A stretch of DNA of 61,403 bases, counting the filler, from Sluysia triapertura (Eukaryota): NCBI GenBank assembly GCA_046118255.1. It is 5 parts of 5 records of this genome, joined end to end, with 100 filler letters (N's around TTAATTAATTAA, not from the genome) between each part and the next. Parts side by side here need not be neighbours in the genome. Positions count along the whole stretch, not along the records: positions 14,409 to 26,481 come from JBJNIA010141946.1; positions 26,582 to 37,514 come from JBJNIA010191329.1; 3 more parts are not named here. One strand, 5' to 3'. This document shows positions 14,941 to 28,300 of this stretch, piece after piece; the first letter of the stretch is position 1, and every line of letters begins with the position of its first letter. A program made the position numbers and the translations under genes. The notes under the pieces are model-generated. The model saw only the letters and a list, made by a program, of their open reading frames with translations, had not been told where the DNA came from and ran no database searches.

Positions 14941-15045
14941 TTAACACGTTGAATGCCATGGGGATTACCGGTGATCGGCGAAGCCAAGATTATTAGAAAC
15001 ACATGCTGAGAAATTCATTTTTGCCAGACGGGCAAACCATGTAAA
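14941..15045 (+). mobile_element. Possible piggyBac-type terminal sequence in CFAP57 intron
   Basis: TTAA followed by CACGTTGAATGCC, similar to the TTAA-CACATT terminus at 18301; partner end not found. Confidence 0.3.
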
Positions 15046-15559
15046 ATTATTATTTATTATTTTTATTATGCTTTATTATTTTTATTTCTTTTATTTTAGA
15101 TACTGTGTTTTGTTTTATTACATGACGAATATCAAAGTGATAGAGTTCTTAAGAGTTAGGTAATAAAAATACGTTTTATTAAAACCTTTTTCAGAGTATG
15201 TTTTTGAATTAGGATGACTTATGGATGAAATCATTCCTCATGTCTAGATCCAATGTAATTAATAAAAATAATTAATAACGATTAGTATTAATAATAAACG
15301 TTAATAATTAATAATTAACGGACATATTGGTTACAACAAGAATGGGATGAATTAAATATACTGGATTACGCTGTTTTCAAGATTGAATATAATAATAAAA
15401 TGATATTCACTAGGTTTTATTGAGCTAATATTATATTGACTAATAAAATTTTGCTAAATGCCAAACCTTGTTAGGTATCATTACTTTTTCTGTAAGAATA
15501 AAAATCGTACTAAGATTCAACTGAAGGTGCTGTAACAAGATAAATTATTAAAAGATAAT

Positions 15560-15690
15560 ATTATCAAAGAAGTAGGACATTATTTTAGGTACATTATGCC
15601 AACTTTACAAGAAATTTCATCAAAATTTTGTGATGTTGAGGTATTCGTACTGCTTGATTCAAAGAAAGGATATCATTAAATTTGGCACAT
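15560..15690 (+). mobile_element. Ty3/gypsy reverse transcriptase relic in CFAP57 intron
   Basis: Translates YIMPTLQEISSKFCDVEVFVLLDSKKGYH*I, matching the gypsy RT motif (YPMPTxEE...FSxLDxxxGYHQI). Purine tract AGGAGGAA follows at ~15754. Confidence 0.65.
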
Positions 15691-16436
15691 TCTAAAGTGA
15701 GAATAATCAAATTCATAAGAAATACGTAATAATGTTTGTGATATGTAATTATGTAGGAGGAATATGGAGAATTCGTTAAAAATTCTTCCTAGTCTGTGAC
15801 TAATTAAACGACTAATTAAAAAATGCTTGTTTTATTCGCTATTTCATTGTTTGTATTGCTGTGTTTGTCAGAGGCTGTCGTAGTTCGAAAGATCAAGGGA
15901 TCGAGATTTTCTGAAGCTTTAAGTTTTTACGGAAAATTATATTTGTTAATCATTGTTAATTTATTATTATTCGGGTGCTAACATTTGTATATGTTGTGTA
16001 ATATAATTAAGGATTATAAGGAGAATGATATATATTGTTATTTTCTTTGTGATAAAGTTTAGAATATATTGAGATTCAGATTCGTTTAATTTTGTTATAG
16101 AATTATTGTCGTTAATTTAAAAATGTAAAAACGCAACAGTATTGTTATTACGCGCACAGTGGAATAATATTAATATCAAATCATTTGCTCCTCAAGGATT
16201 AAGTACTACTAATATTAGTAAGCTGAAAGAAACATAAGAATGAATATCCATAATATGTATACTATTGTTAAAACTGGGATAATTTGTCAAATGATCTTCA
16301 GCGAACAAAATTATTATTTCCCATTGTGTAATTTTCACTTTTAAGAAGATCGTATCTTTTTTATCACACCGAAACTTAATGTATTAATATTTTTTGAAAA
16401 AGTAAAAATAGCTTTTTAAAATGAAATTTTTAATAC

Positions 16437-16638
16437 CTCGATAAACATCCCATTCATAAACAGCTCCATCATTTCCGCACGATATTAATTTCCTATCATC
16501 CTGACTCCAAACTACACATCGAATTTTACCATTGTGTCCTTTTAAACTCCAAACAGATTCAAAAGTTGTAGTTGAATAGATTTCAATCAAACTACTATGT
16601 ACTGCGGCAAAATAATGGCCACCGTTACTGAAAGCACA
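16437..16638 (-). CDS. CFAP57: CFAP57/WDR65 internal exon (3rd visible)
   Basis: CAFSNGGHYFAAVHSSLIEIYSTTTFESVWSLKGHNGKIRCVVWSQDDRKLISCGNDGAVYEWD; canonical AG/GT; phases consistent with neighbours. Confidence 0.92.
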
Positions 16639-16682
16639 CTAAAATAAATTAAATTCAAAAAACATTTATTCATTTAAATTAC

Positions 16683-16848
16683 TTCTCGACATCCACGAAT
16701 AGGAAATTCTTTAAAAGCACGAATATCATCGATTAAAATATTCAATAAACGTAATTTATCACTGAATCCAACTAAAATATAAAGACCAGATGGATGAAGT
16801 GCTACACTATAAGCTTCTTCGGCAAATTCTTTGTATAATTCTAGTCGA
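16683..16848 (-). CDS. CFAP57: CFAP57/WDR65 internal exon (2nd visible)
   Basis: [55 protein letters not shown], a highly conserved CFAP57 segment; AG/GT boundaries; phase 2 in, phase 0 out. Confidence 0.93.
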
Positions 16849-17693
16849 CTGTTTAATAAAAATAAAAATAATAAACATTTTCCTTTAGACTATTAATTGA
16901 GTTTTATTTTTTCTCACGATAATTTATATAAGAGTTCAAAGTTAAATTCGTACCAATTATTTCATACTATTTATATAGATTTTAAATAAATTACACAATA
17001 TTTTAATCAAAGATTACACAGTGACAAACAATGGAATATGCAAGTTAATTTCCTGAACTGATTTGTCTGTGGTTGATACGGGAAGATAAGCAAACCACTG
17101 CTTTAGATAGTAATGTACAGTGTATAGTCATTAAGCCGCGATGACTGGGGTTCAAACTGCTTAACCGGGGCTTAAATATTTTTTTCATCATAATCTTTCC
17201 TCACGTATTGTTTTGAAAGTAGTGTTGCAGTCTCACCATTCTAATATTGCATGCTGCATATAAAATCGTGATTAACGATATTGATTAGCGGCTTACCGGC
17301 CTAACACTGTCACCAAATGTCACACTTAATATCAAAAGCTAATGTATAATCAAGGTGTAAAACAAAAAAGTTTAAGCCGTTTGCAATAGACAACCTTATT
17401 TTTTTAACTAAGCAAATACTAAAATGCAAATGCAGGACGTCAAATAAATAATGATAATATAAATTATCAAGAAACATATATACGAATTTTGAAGAAAATT
17501 AACAGTGAAAAAAGTCCACTTTTATAAATGAAAATAAATTCTTTGAAACTTTTGCAAATTAAAAAAAGTTTATTACAAAAAATTATCATTCAACAAGTAT
17601 AAACTTTGGAAGCAGAATCAAAATACAGGCCTAAAGTTTCATTCAGAATAATGATAGCATAATTGACTATAATAACATAAAATAGTTTAACAA

Positions 17694-17765
17694 GACTGAT
17701 AGCTCAGTTGTCAGAGCTTCGAACTGTAAGGTAAGAATGTTCGGGTTCAGTCCATTTAATGAAGT
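17694..17765 (+). pseudogene. tRNA-derived relic (tRNA-Tyr-like pseudogene or SINE head)
   Basis: GATAGCTCAGTTGTCAGAGC (A box/D arm), CTGTAA (anticodon loop, GTA), GGGTTCAGTCC (degenerate B box); acceptor stem not intact. Confidence 0.5.
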
Positions 17766-18300
17766 CTAACACTTTAACTACTGCTAAATTTCTACAAAAC
17801 CTTTCGTCTGAACACAACAGAAGTTGAAAATGTAGTATAATTGTACATGTATTTTAATAGGACTGTGTGTTATATTTTATGTATATATTTGTTTATTTCG
17901 GTAAAAAACTATGAGAGGAAGAGGGTTAAAATTTCTTTTCTGGATCGATTATAAATGATATCCGAGGTTCATAACTTATAATAAAAGAATCGTCACTTAT
18001 AATAAAAAAGCGACACCAGTTCTGGCTTAATTCATCAGATCGTTGCGTAATAATTAAGAATTAAAATTAATTGTTTAAGGAATTGGTTTTATTATATCAA
18101 GAAAATAAATTTAACTGCAAAACAACTGCACCATGAGACTGTGAACCTAATAGATAAAACAGACAACTGGAGAGTAAATTATTTTATTAAACATAATTAA
18201 TTTGTACTGAATACACGAATAAATAGTAGATCTATTATGACTAGATGTATGTTTAACTGTTCATTTTTATAATCGACTACTGTTCATAATTTATATTTAA

Positions 18301-18512
18301 CACATTTAGGACGGATGACGTAATTCACGTTTTTTATTTTTCAACCGTGGAAACGTGTGACGTTAATTAATATTACTTGTAATTTCAAGTATTATACGTC
18401 AATATCTTTTCATGGTAATATATTATCTTAATAAATGTTACACTGTGTTTTCGAAATTATCACTTTTAATTCATATAATTCAGGCTTTTCATCATACACC
18501 GTCTTCAATGTG
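18301..18512. mobile_element. piggyBac-type MITE (212 bp)
   Basis: TTAA|CACATTTAGGACGG ... CCGTCTTCAATGTG|TCAA: 14-bp TIRs with 2 mismatches, TTAA/TCAA target site. Confidence 0.65.
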
Positions 18513-18634
18513 TCAATATTCAAAAAATTAATACAATTTATTTAATACAATTAATAAAGTACGTATTTTAAAATTAAATCTTTAAAAAATAGTCTATTTA
18601 TAAATAATAAATAATTAAAATTAGAATATTTTAC

Positions 18635-18882
18635 TCGCTTTCATAATTCCATATACGTACTGTTCTATCAGTTGAACAAGTAGCAATAATTGGTTTACGT
18701 TTACAAATATCCAAACCAACAACATCATTACTGTGAAAAGAATACGACAATAAATCGAATCGACCAATTTCGCCACTCTTGGAAATTTCGGAATTAGATA
18801 GTGCGTACAAGTAAAGCTGATTCAGATTTGTACTGATTACAATTGATTCTTCTGACTGACTAATTGACATGTCCGTTATTTG
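18635..18882 (-). CDS. CFAP57: CFAP57/WDR65 internal exon (1st visible)
   Basis: QITDMSISQSEE...FHSNDVVGLDICKRKPIIATCSTDRTVRIWNYE, the CFAP57 hallmark CxRKPxIATCSxDRxxRxWNY; polypyrimidine-AG acceptor and GTAAAA donor. Confidence 0.92.
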
Positions 18883-21602
18883 CTACATTAAAAGAAAAAA
18901 TAGTTCAAAATTATTTGCAGTTTTTTTTGTTGAAATACTTTGACATTTTATATCCACATAAAATGTCTAGAAAATAATTCAACTAAAAACAGAAAAACGA
19001 TGTTCTAGATAGGGCCGGATTTGAGCCGATTTGACCTATTGGGTTCAATAGGCAAATGTATAAACTTCTGTTATCATAAATTTATCCATTATTATTTTAA
19101 GATTTAGTTTGTATTTTTCGATTCCGCAGTCCGTGTTGCTTAAATTTCCAGGAAAATATTTATTGTTCTAAATGCTTTTTATATCTTATTTACTTTTGTC
19201 AGCGTTGGTTGAAATTGACACATGTGATTTATTAGAGTAAATATTTCTCTGGATATATTGTGACTTTCTTAAATTGTGTTATAAATATTCATTCTTAGTA
19301 AATACTTATTCATTTATTACAAATTGCTTCAGTTTAGATTTTTATTTATGATATTATTCACACTTTGTGATCGGTGTAGAAAATGCTTCGTTGTTTGCAT
19401 ATACATACACTACTGAAAAAAAGTTTCTAGCAGAGTACAATATTTTTAAAAAATACAGATAAATCTATAATAAGATATGTCATTATCTTAATAATAAAGT
19501 ATATTATTTTAAAGTATAAACTATTATTTTGATTATTTTAATGGCTATATTATTCAGTCTTTTTTATTCAGTTTGTCTGAATTACCGATATATCTCAAGA
19601 AATTTGATTCCTAATAAAACAAACTCATTCGACCAAATAAATGGTATATTTTTAATTTTATTAGATTATGCAATGTTAGATATTGTTATAATATCAACTC
19701 AAATAAATTAGAAGAGTTTAGTTAAATTTTAGTTTCATTTAAAGACAGTACCTACAATAGCTAAAAGAAAAGAACTAACTCAGGTACGTTATTTCGATAT
19801 TTCGCTTGTAATTATGTATTTTGGTCGAAATTAATATCAAATTGACGGTAAAAATAACTCATTAATTCGGCTTACAATATGTGATAGCAAATATATTAAT
19901 AGATTCAAAATACTTTAAAAAATAGCTTAAAAATACTTTTATAATTCATACAATAATAGCATTTCTATTTGAACATCTAAAAATAGGATTTAATAAATAT
20001 TCTTATGTTGATATAGTTAAATGTTGCACAGTTGTTAAAAGTGCTTACTTCGAACCTTCACAATTGAATTTTATATTTCAATAATTGTAACAAGGTTTCC
20101 TTTGTCAAAAGTAACTTTTTTTAGTATTTGTCAAAACTAATTATTTTGTAGATATTATTTTTTTATTAATTTTAATTTTGTATAAATATTATCTTTATTA
20201 TAATGTTCAATTTTAGAGAATTATTCAGCCAGTAATCCTAATTCCTTACTAGCAGCAATGATTTTTCCATTTACAGAAGCTTCTTTTATTATTTAATTAC
20301 TCTTTTTTCCAAAACATATTTTCACGAAAATTGTAAATTATCTTCATTGAATTATCTAATAGTTCACAAATGTCACTAATTTTAATAACAAAGTATCATT
20401 TTTCATCTTTTTAACATTATCTATATTTAACATTTGATATTTTTCATAATATTTTCAATGTCATTATATTCTTCAAATTTAATCTAAAATTTTTGATTTA
20501 AAATTATTTTTCAAAATAAAATTAAAATTATTATTATTGAGATTATAATGCCTTTATATTTATTTAAAATAAGAATACAGAGAATTAATATGAATTTAAA
20601 ATTTAGTAACAAATAACAATCAAATTTAAATTGAAAGTGTATAATTATTTTAAAGTGAGATTCAGTAAAGATACTATGAAATTAAAATTTACAAACATCA
20701 AACCTCACTATTATATCAACAAATCATTTTAACTTAAGAATCAATAAAAGTGATATGAAATCAATTTTTAAGAGCATAAATATCGATCAAAATTAACTTA
20801 AATTAACGATTTGATAGAATAAAAATAATATAAATTTAAAATTTAATAACACAATATTGTTTCAAGCTCAAAATAATTATTTGTTATTATTAGTTTAATT
20901 ATATAACTTAAATTATATTGATTTGAACCTGACTATTGATTTAAATTAGTTTGTATATTATTAGTATTAAGTCTAATTATATTATTGAAATTATAATATT
21001 ATTAATCTAATTTGACTATTAATTATTAATCAATTTAATTATATATTATCGACAATTTATTTCAACTATTAATTATTCTGGATTATTCAATTTAATTATC
21101 GGCTGCTGTAGTCGAGAGGAATAGTATTGAAAGATGTGTATTTAAAAATCAATAATTAGAAGAGCCTTTTAACATGAAATGACAGTATTTAAAAAATATA
21201 TTGATCAAATTAATTAAAATTAATTTACAAAATTTGGACTTAAGGTCCGTAACGAATATTACTAATTCAAAATAAAACGTAGGCCTAAAGCCGTGAATAA
21301 TCTTTTTAACTAAGGAATATACAACAAAATAAATACTCGTTTTATCTATTTCGCGAACAAAAATCAATTTTTCACAAAAATAAGAATACATCAATGGTTG
21401 ACGTAGAATAAAAATTTGAATTAATAAGTCTTACTGGCCAGAACTTCAAAAGGAACATAAAGTTGCTCATTTTGGAAATTAATCTGCACTTGCAGAACTC
21501 CATAACTGGTGGTTTCTGTCATAATCGCCTTCTTATGATATATCATACTAACATCAAAAGTAAACGTTTTATTTACATTAGTATTCATATGACGTGTCTC
21601 AA

Positions 21603-22200
21603 CTATCGTAATATTTTTAAATGTTTTATCCAAATGAGCAGGCGAAACAGCTCCAACATGAACTTCGATTTTAAATAAACTTTCAGTTTCATTTTGAGAT
21701 AAGCTTTACAGGATTTATTTAACTTTAATTCACCTAGAGTAACATTATCGGCTAGTATCCCGCGTAAGATTAATTTTTGATTTAGCACGGGAACATTTAA
21801 TTTTGATTCTAATAACTTATTTACAACACCAGTAGTTAAATCTACTGGCAAATTTTGAGTAACCATTTCTTCGACTTCACCTTCACATGTAGTATCGGTA
21901 ATTGGATTCAATAACCCAGGTTTAAAATAATTTAAATTTTGTAAATTAGAGACATTCAATTTTGGTTCTAATAATTTCTTTAAATCACCAATGGTTAAAT
22001 CTGCTGGCAAATTATGAGTAAACTTGTCTTTAAGATATACTACAGTAAATTCTAAATAATTTATCTTACCTTCGACTTCATTAATGACTTGTTCACAAAA
22101 CGCAATCGCTGCTTGTTCATTAAAAGTAGGATTTGGAGGATTTGTAACCTCATTGAAACGAGTTTCTAACAATTCATCGCCTTTGCTACATATATTAATC
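21603..22200 (-). CDS. Intronless ORF with tandem ubiquitin-like (UBL) repeats, probably retroelement-derived
   Basis: DLTIGDLKKLLEPKLNV and DLTTGVVNKLLESKLNVPVLNQKLILRGILADNVTLGELKL fit the UBL pattern (TVxxLKxxI...VPxxxQKLIxxG..LxDxxTLxxxxL). Nucleotide duplication 21793-21864/21952-22023. The low-complexity 5' part of the tracked ORF is probably non-coding. Confidence 0.6.
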
Positions 22201-22747
22201 TTTTTTATCTTGTTTTTAAAAGTTAAACACAAATTTTGACATACTAAAAATTGATTAGGTAAATAAATTAGATAAATTTTAAAAAGTTTATAAAAACAAT
22301 AAAAATAATTAAAGTAATAAAAATTATAAAAATTATAAAAATTATAATAGAAATTATAAAAATAATAAAGTAGTAAAGGTAACATTGAGAGTGATGATGA
22401 TGACGGTGTGGATGATAATCAGAGGGGAAAGAACTGTGATGTTGATACAAATAATTTTAGTGAGGTTTAGAGTTTGGAGAACATGATTTATAGTTTATGT
22501 TAATGTGGTAAAGTAACAGTAAAGTGAATAGGTTGGATATGAAATTTTATATATTTTGATGGTGACGAAATTATTAAGATAAGACTGACACAACATCGAC
22601 AAAAGGAAAAATAATATAAGAGACAGAGAATTTCTTAAAAGAAAGGTCGGACGTTTACGGATTAATATATTGATCAGAATAACATAATTTAGTTGGAGAT
22701 CAAATATTCTAGCTGATATTAAACCAATTGGACTAAAGCCCATCACT
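22200..22747 (-). mobile_element. LTR-like segment upstream of the UBL ORF
   Basis: Right end GCCCATCACT (reverse complement AGTGATGGGC) resembles the TGTGATGG LTR-type starts; strand-skewed, with short tandem AAAATTATA repeats. Confidence 0.3.
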
Positions 22748-23636
22748 AATATAATCCTATTAAAGCAGGTAGTACGTTTCGTAATATAATTATAAATAAA
22801 ATAACTATTTTAATTATATTATATAATATAAAAACGTTTTTTGTTTTTACGCTGTATTGAATCATCACTATTATGATCTATTTAAATAAAAAAAATTTTC
22901 TTTTTAGTTTTGCTTAAATAAAGGGGATTGGAAATAGACACATCAAAGTTAAAAATATCATAAAGATATATTAAGTAATTTAAAATTGAATTAAGACTTT
23001 ATAAAGTGGTAAAAGCAGATAATAAACAAAAAATCACTGTATTTATTCCTATATTTATCAGTTATTTTGAAGCATGAATTAATTTTAACACAATAGACGA
23101 ATAATAATATGAAACAATGATGGTTTATTTAATACCTACTAAAAATATTAAAATTAAATAATGAATAAAAAAAATTTTAGTTTTACAAATGTGAAAAACC
23201 AGCTTACTCAGTAATTATGAAAACTTGCTCAATATCATCAAAAATAAAAAATGAAGCATATTGAAAACGCTTTGAAAAAACTTCGAAAATATATTAATTA
23301 ACAGTAAAGAATTCTGATCGAACTGGAACGTCGATAAAACGCAAGAAATACTTTTAAAATGCATACTAACATAAACAACAATACTATAAATAAATAAATT
23401 ATAATATAGAATGAAATTAGTATTATATAAAGAATCGGTCATTTATTAAGATCACGCGTACACATTTAAGTAAGAAATAAAATTTGTAATGCATTAAAAT
23501 TAATTGTAGAAAGAAATTAACTCTAATAAAGTTATTACTGGCCACAATACTTACTATATAAAATAGAATTTTAAAAAGAAAAAATGTTTTGTTAGCTATA
23601 GATACTATTTTTAAGTGTCAGTTTGGAAATAAAATT

Positions 23637-24641
23637 TTATCCGGGCTAATGATGGGGAGGGTCGGTACGCATAATCGAAAAACACGGATAATGCGCAAAA
23701 TAATTATACAAAAGTAATTTAAAAATACATTCAATGCTTTATTAAAAATCGGTTTGTTTAAGTAAATTTCTCAATGACTTTTTAATATCATCTCGAATTT
23801 TTCTTACAGATATTACATCATTATAGACGAAGCTCAATTGATCAACACATTCTAGTAAAATATCGGCAGAAGTCAGTGCCATGCTGTGACTAATACAATT
23901 GGTTATATTTTCTACCTCACTTTCAGTCTCATTTGGATTTGAAATTAGATTTGAAATAATATCCGTGTCACTCTGCATCTGGAATCCTGGATCAGATGAA
24001 TCAAATTCAATCCATTTCTTAATATTTGGTCATTTCCAGGCCATTTAAATTTTTCATTAGTTCACATAATTCTGAAATGTTACGTATCTCAGGTTCGATA
24101 GAGTCCCAAACATTATTTTCTACATTTGACAAAATTTTCAACCACGATCTGGTATTATTGGCTTAATTTTCTTCCAAGATTTAACAGCTCCATATACTGC
24201 GTCCAATATTGTCATTTTTTTCCATAAATTCATTAAATCGTCATTCTTGCTGCAAAAGCTTCTAAGGAGATCATTGCGATAATGGTGTTGCATTAAAGAG
24301 ATAAGTCCTTAAACTATAGGTTGAATTAAAGATGTTACATTAGGTGGTAAAAATTTTGCAGCTACAAGGCCGTTGTCTGTCTTCAGTATGCTTTCATTTG
24401 GATGACAAAGTGCATTATCTAATAAAAGTACTGCCTTCTGCGGCAGTACAAAAAACTTTTAAAAAAACTCGAATTTCTGAAATCCATTTATTTTTTAACC
24501 AATGTTCAAAGATCCTTCTGTCCATCCATGTTCCTTTTTGATTGTAGCAGTCAACAGGAAGATTCTTAATTTTTCTTCCTTTTTGTATTTTCTAAATATT
24601 ATCCACGGATAATCCGCGCACGGGTAATCGGGAGTTTACTG
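23637..24641 (-). mobile_element. pogo/Tigger DNA transposon relic (DDE_1 transposase, internally deleted)
   Basis: Minus strand encodes [10 protein letters not shown] and [10 protein letters not shown] (DDE_1 motifs). TIR CAGTAAACTCCCGATTACCCG ends at 24641 with TA. Truncated TTATCCG partner end at 23637. Confidence 0.85.
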
Positions 24642-26481
24642 TACATACATACGTTTTGAATCGAATTTAAACTCATGTTCAAAGACTTTTATGAATAAAT
24701 ACATGTAAATAGTGAAATCATTTGAAACTTTTATTTGTTTCTGCACTTCTACATCTAATATCAAAGATAAGTAGAAAGAATTTAATTAATTTTAAATATT
24801 CGATATCAATTGAGTAAAATTATGATCAGATTTTTATAAAGTATAGGTTAATGAATATTATGATAATTTAAGTATAAGTTATTGTGATGGTTCAACCGAC
24901 GACTACGTTCACATCACATAAACCATATAACCAACAACACACAAACCTCATCACAAAAACAAAGTTTAACATATTTTATTTACATCATTCATAACATTAC
25001 ATTATTAATCGTTCTCTCAATATTACAAAATGTTTATTTATTAACGTTTTAAAATAGAACATCAAATACAATACACTCTGTCATCCCCTCGTCATTATAA
25101 CTCAATACTTTTTCTTTGGTATCTCGCAACCTTACAATTTTTATATTTTATATTTCTACAATTGTATAATTCTGTAATTTTATAATTCTCCATTTTTATG
25201 CTTTTATGTAGAATATTGTTGAATCTACGAGATATTCGACCAAGAGAGCCATTGTCAACATATCCACCTATTATTTTAAATTTCATTATGAAAAAATTAT
25301 ATCGTATGAAGTTACTTCAGACGGAAAATTGAAGAAGTTATTTATAAAGGATAAAGAAATAATTGAAGGTATTTGTCAATAAGAAAGAATTAAAGACAGC
25401 TTTGTTAAAATGTTTTATGTTTTTATATTTTGTTCAAACTTAGAAAGTTTTCAAACTGTATTTTATTGTTTTTATATTTGTTTCAATATGCCGAAGGAGC
25501 ATTAATTTTCTATGCCTGATTACAAAAAAAATTTCATCAAATGTTAACTGTAATGTTTTGGAGGAAAAATTGAATCGCATTATATCAAAAAGGAAAATTT
25601 GAAAATAATATTAAACGACAAATTATAGAATGCGAAAAGACGCAGTACTATCCTGATATGTTGAATAGGTGTCACATTGAGCAACAAGATCAATCGTCAC
25701 ATTATAAAAAAATGATGCATGACAGAGTGTATGCGCATTCGGAAGAACTTTCGATCCTAAATCAAAATGATGAAAACTTAAAGTTATTATTAGATTATGA
25801 AATTTTGAATTTTAATAAATTTAGTAGCTCCAGAAAGCTTAAAAAACTCAAATCAACTTTACTTAGCAATATGACTCCAGAAATCATGGCAGCTAATCAA
25901 AATGTGAAATCTGACAATGCAGAGATAAGAAAAGAAAGAAACGATGTGTACAATAAAATTAATAAGTCACAGGAAGATTTCGAAATTTTGGATAATACGT
26001 ATCAGGTTTAATCATTATTAACATTATAAATGTTATTTTTAAAATGCAGATTCTTAGTTCAAGATCCGATGTGGATATGAAAAATAATACTGTTCCGGTT
26101 ATCGGCAGACTCATCAAGATGTGGCAGTACCATACCTATATATCTTCCGGAGTTCGCGCCTATTCACGGAGCCGTGAAGACCATCTCGCGATGATTATTA
26201 ATTCCCGTTTTGTTACACATGTGACATATAACTGTACCTGTTTACAGTACATTCAAAACTTTATCTACAATGTGATTAACGTGAATTTAAATAAAGTCTT
26301 TTTTAAAAGATATTGGAAAGCCGATAGATGTTTTTTAATGTCTGAAGTTGTTAAGGTTGCTAAAACGATAGATCGGATTACGTTCGAACTCCTTAGTGAA
26401 AAATCGCACCTACGAATGTTACATTGTCAAATATCAAGTCTGAATCATTTGAATAGTACGTATATGTACTTGATATATATA

Positions 26482-26581
26482 NNNNNNNNNNNNNNNNNNN
26501 NNNNNNNNNNNNNNNNNNNNNNNNNTTAATTAATTAANNNNNNNNNNNNNNNNNNNNNNNNNNNNNNNNNNNNNNNNNNNN
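26482..26581. other. Artificial contig-joining linker
   Basis: 44 N + TTAATTAATTAA + 44 N. Confidence 0.97.
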
Positions 26582-26640
26582 TCGTGATTTTAATTAATTT
26601 CAAAGTGCTATTATGTTATCTTAGAGTCATTTTGTAGGGT

Positions 26641-27240
26641 TGTGATGGCAACCTAACACGTGTTTAGAAATCATTAAATAATTTTTTATGCATCGTTTAT
26701 CACACAGCTCAACACCCACGCAATCCATACCAATTTAAACACATCTACGTCGAACTATTTACTCAACGGCATATTCATAATTTTCATTATTTCAGAACTC
26801 CACACATTCATATCTGACATCTAAATATCAAATAATATGTGTTTCTATGACAAAGATCTTGTATTAAGAAACAAAGAAAATATTGCATTTTAAATCCAAC
26901 AGCTACATACAAAATATCAAAACATAAACATTTTAAAACTCACCAAACACTCAGCTAAACTAACATTATAATGACCCCCAAAGATCATCATAGAGTTCTC
27001 AATACATCCTGTACTTTATACATTAATTATCTTACAACTTCTACAATTTGTTAATTCAGAACGCTATCGTAGTGATTTACCTAATAATTCCAAATTTAAT
27101 ATTAAAACATTATCCATCCATCACAACACATCATAACATAGATTTTTAGATAACACACTTCCCACAAAAGCAATAGCATCTGTCACTTTCTTTTTTTCAA
27201 TTTTATTCACCTACACACAAAATTCCCTCATTTCAGACAT
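26641..27240 (+). mobile_element. LTR-like sequence
   Basis: Starts TGTGATGGCAACCT (near-identical to 350-363); C/A-skewed like the 4608 solo LTR; inverted CCATCACA at 27118-27125; no clean TSD. Confidence 0.4.
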
Positions 27241-28149
27241 TAGGTATACAGCACACGTTGATTATGATAACGATTAATCATGATAACAATAACATCGTTT
27301 TTATTATTTCATTCTTATCATTTTTATTTCATATTTGTGTGTGACATTTACGTTTTCTATTTTTAGTAATCACATTTTGTAATACAAATTCTTAAATTAA
27401 ATTGACAATGTTTCCTAATTCTTCAACATTCGAAGAAGTTTGGAAATTTATTTTGAGTAAATTTAATTTATTGTTTCAAAAAGATCGTTTGTGCATTGGT
27501 ATGTAGGTGAAGATATGGAAGAAGGTGAATTTAAACTGTATAAAGAATCAATGGAACAAGTTCGGAAAGATTATTGAGAACCTTGCAGCGATAGTGATAC
27601 TAATGTCAATGAAATATTCAAAACCGATGGTCTAAGAAATGCGGAAATAGAGAATATGAATGAATGTAAAAGCAACAGTGAATTTTTATTCAATATGAAT
27701 AAAGAAATCACCGAAACCCTTTCTGATATGCATTTTACTGAATCTTCGCAACTTATAAAAGACTCTAACAATATCAGAAGAGCATGGCCTTATCAAAATG
27801 ATTTATCAAATTATATCAGTTATTATAAATTATGTGATACTACACATTCCTTTAATTCTCCATAATCGATATTAGCATGAATTTTATTAATATTAAATAT
27901 GTCATGAAAATTAAAAATTTTGATTAAAAATAAATATATTTTTATAAGAATAATAAGAATAATTGCTTTTTAGTTTATTGATCAAAAAACTAAACTACTT
28001 AAAAAGATTGTGATAGCCACTTTGTTTAGTTACTCCCAAATCAAGCTATACGTGAAATCAGAAACAACATAGACAGTTTCTAATTCAATCTCAACAGTTA
28101 TTATGTCTTCATGTCAACAAATTGTTCAGCATGAGAATTCAATAAATAT

Positions 28150-28300
28150 TTTTGGTGTTTTAAGCATTAATATAGATAAGGATATCGATATTAAAATTCG
28201 TAATGGACCAACTTTTATTTTTTTTTGTATTTGATGATAAACGTGATGCCGCAGATGCTGTACGTGATTGTTATGGTTATGATTTATATGAATTTTCTCC
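28150..28300 (+). pseudogene. SRSF1/SRSF9-like RRM fragment (frameshifted)
   Basis: KDIDIKIRNGPTF / FVFDDKRDAADAVRDCYGYDL aligns by eye to SRSF1 RRM1 ([37 protein letters not shown]); frameshift inside a T run. Confidence 0.65.

Noticed and set aside
17694-17765. Functional tRNA-Tyr gene
   Set aside because: D-loop GG and B box are degenerate and no acceptor stem forms; kept only as a relic
19009-19055. hAT-like terminus TAGGGCCGGATTT
   Set aside because: No partner TIR or 8-bp TSD located
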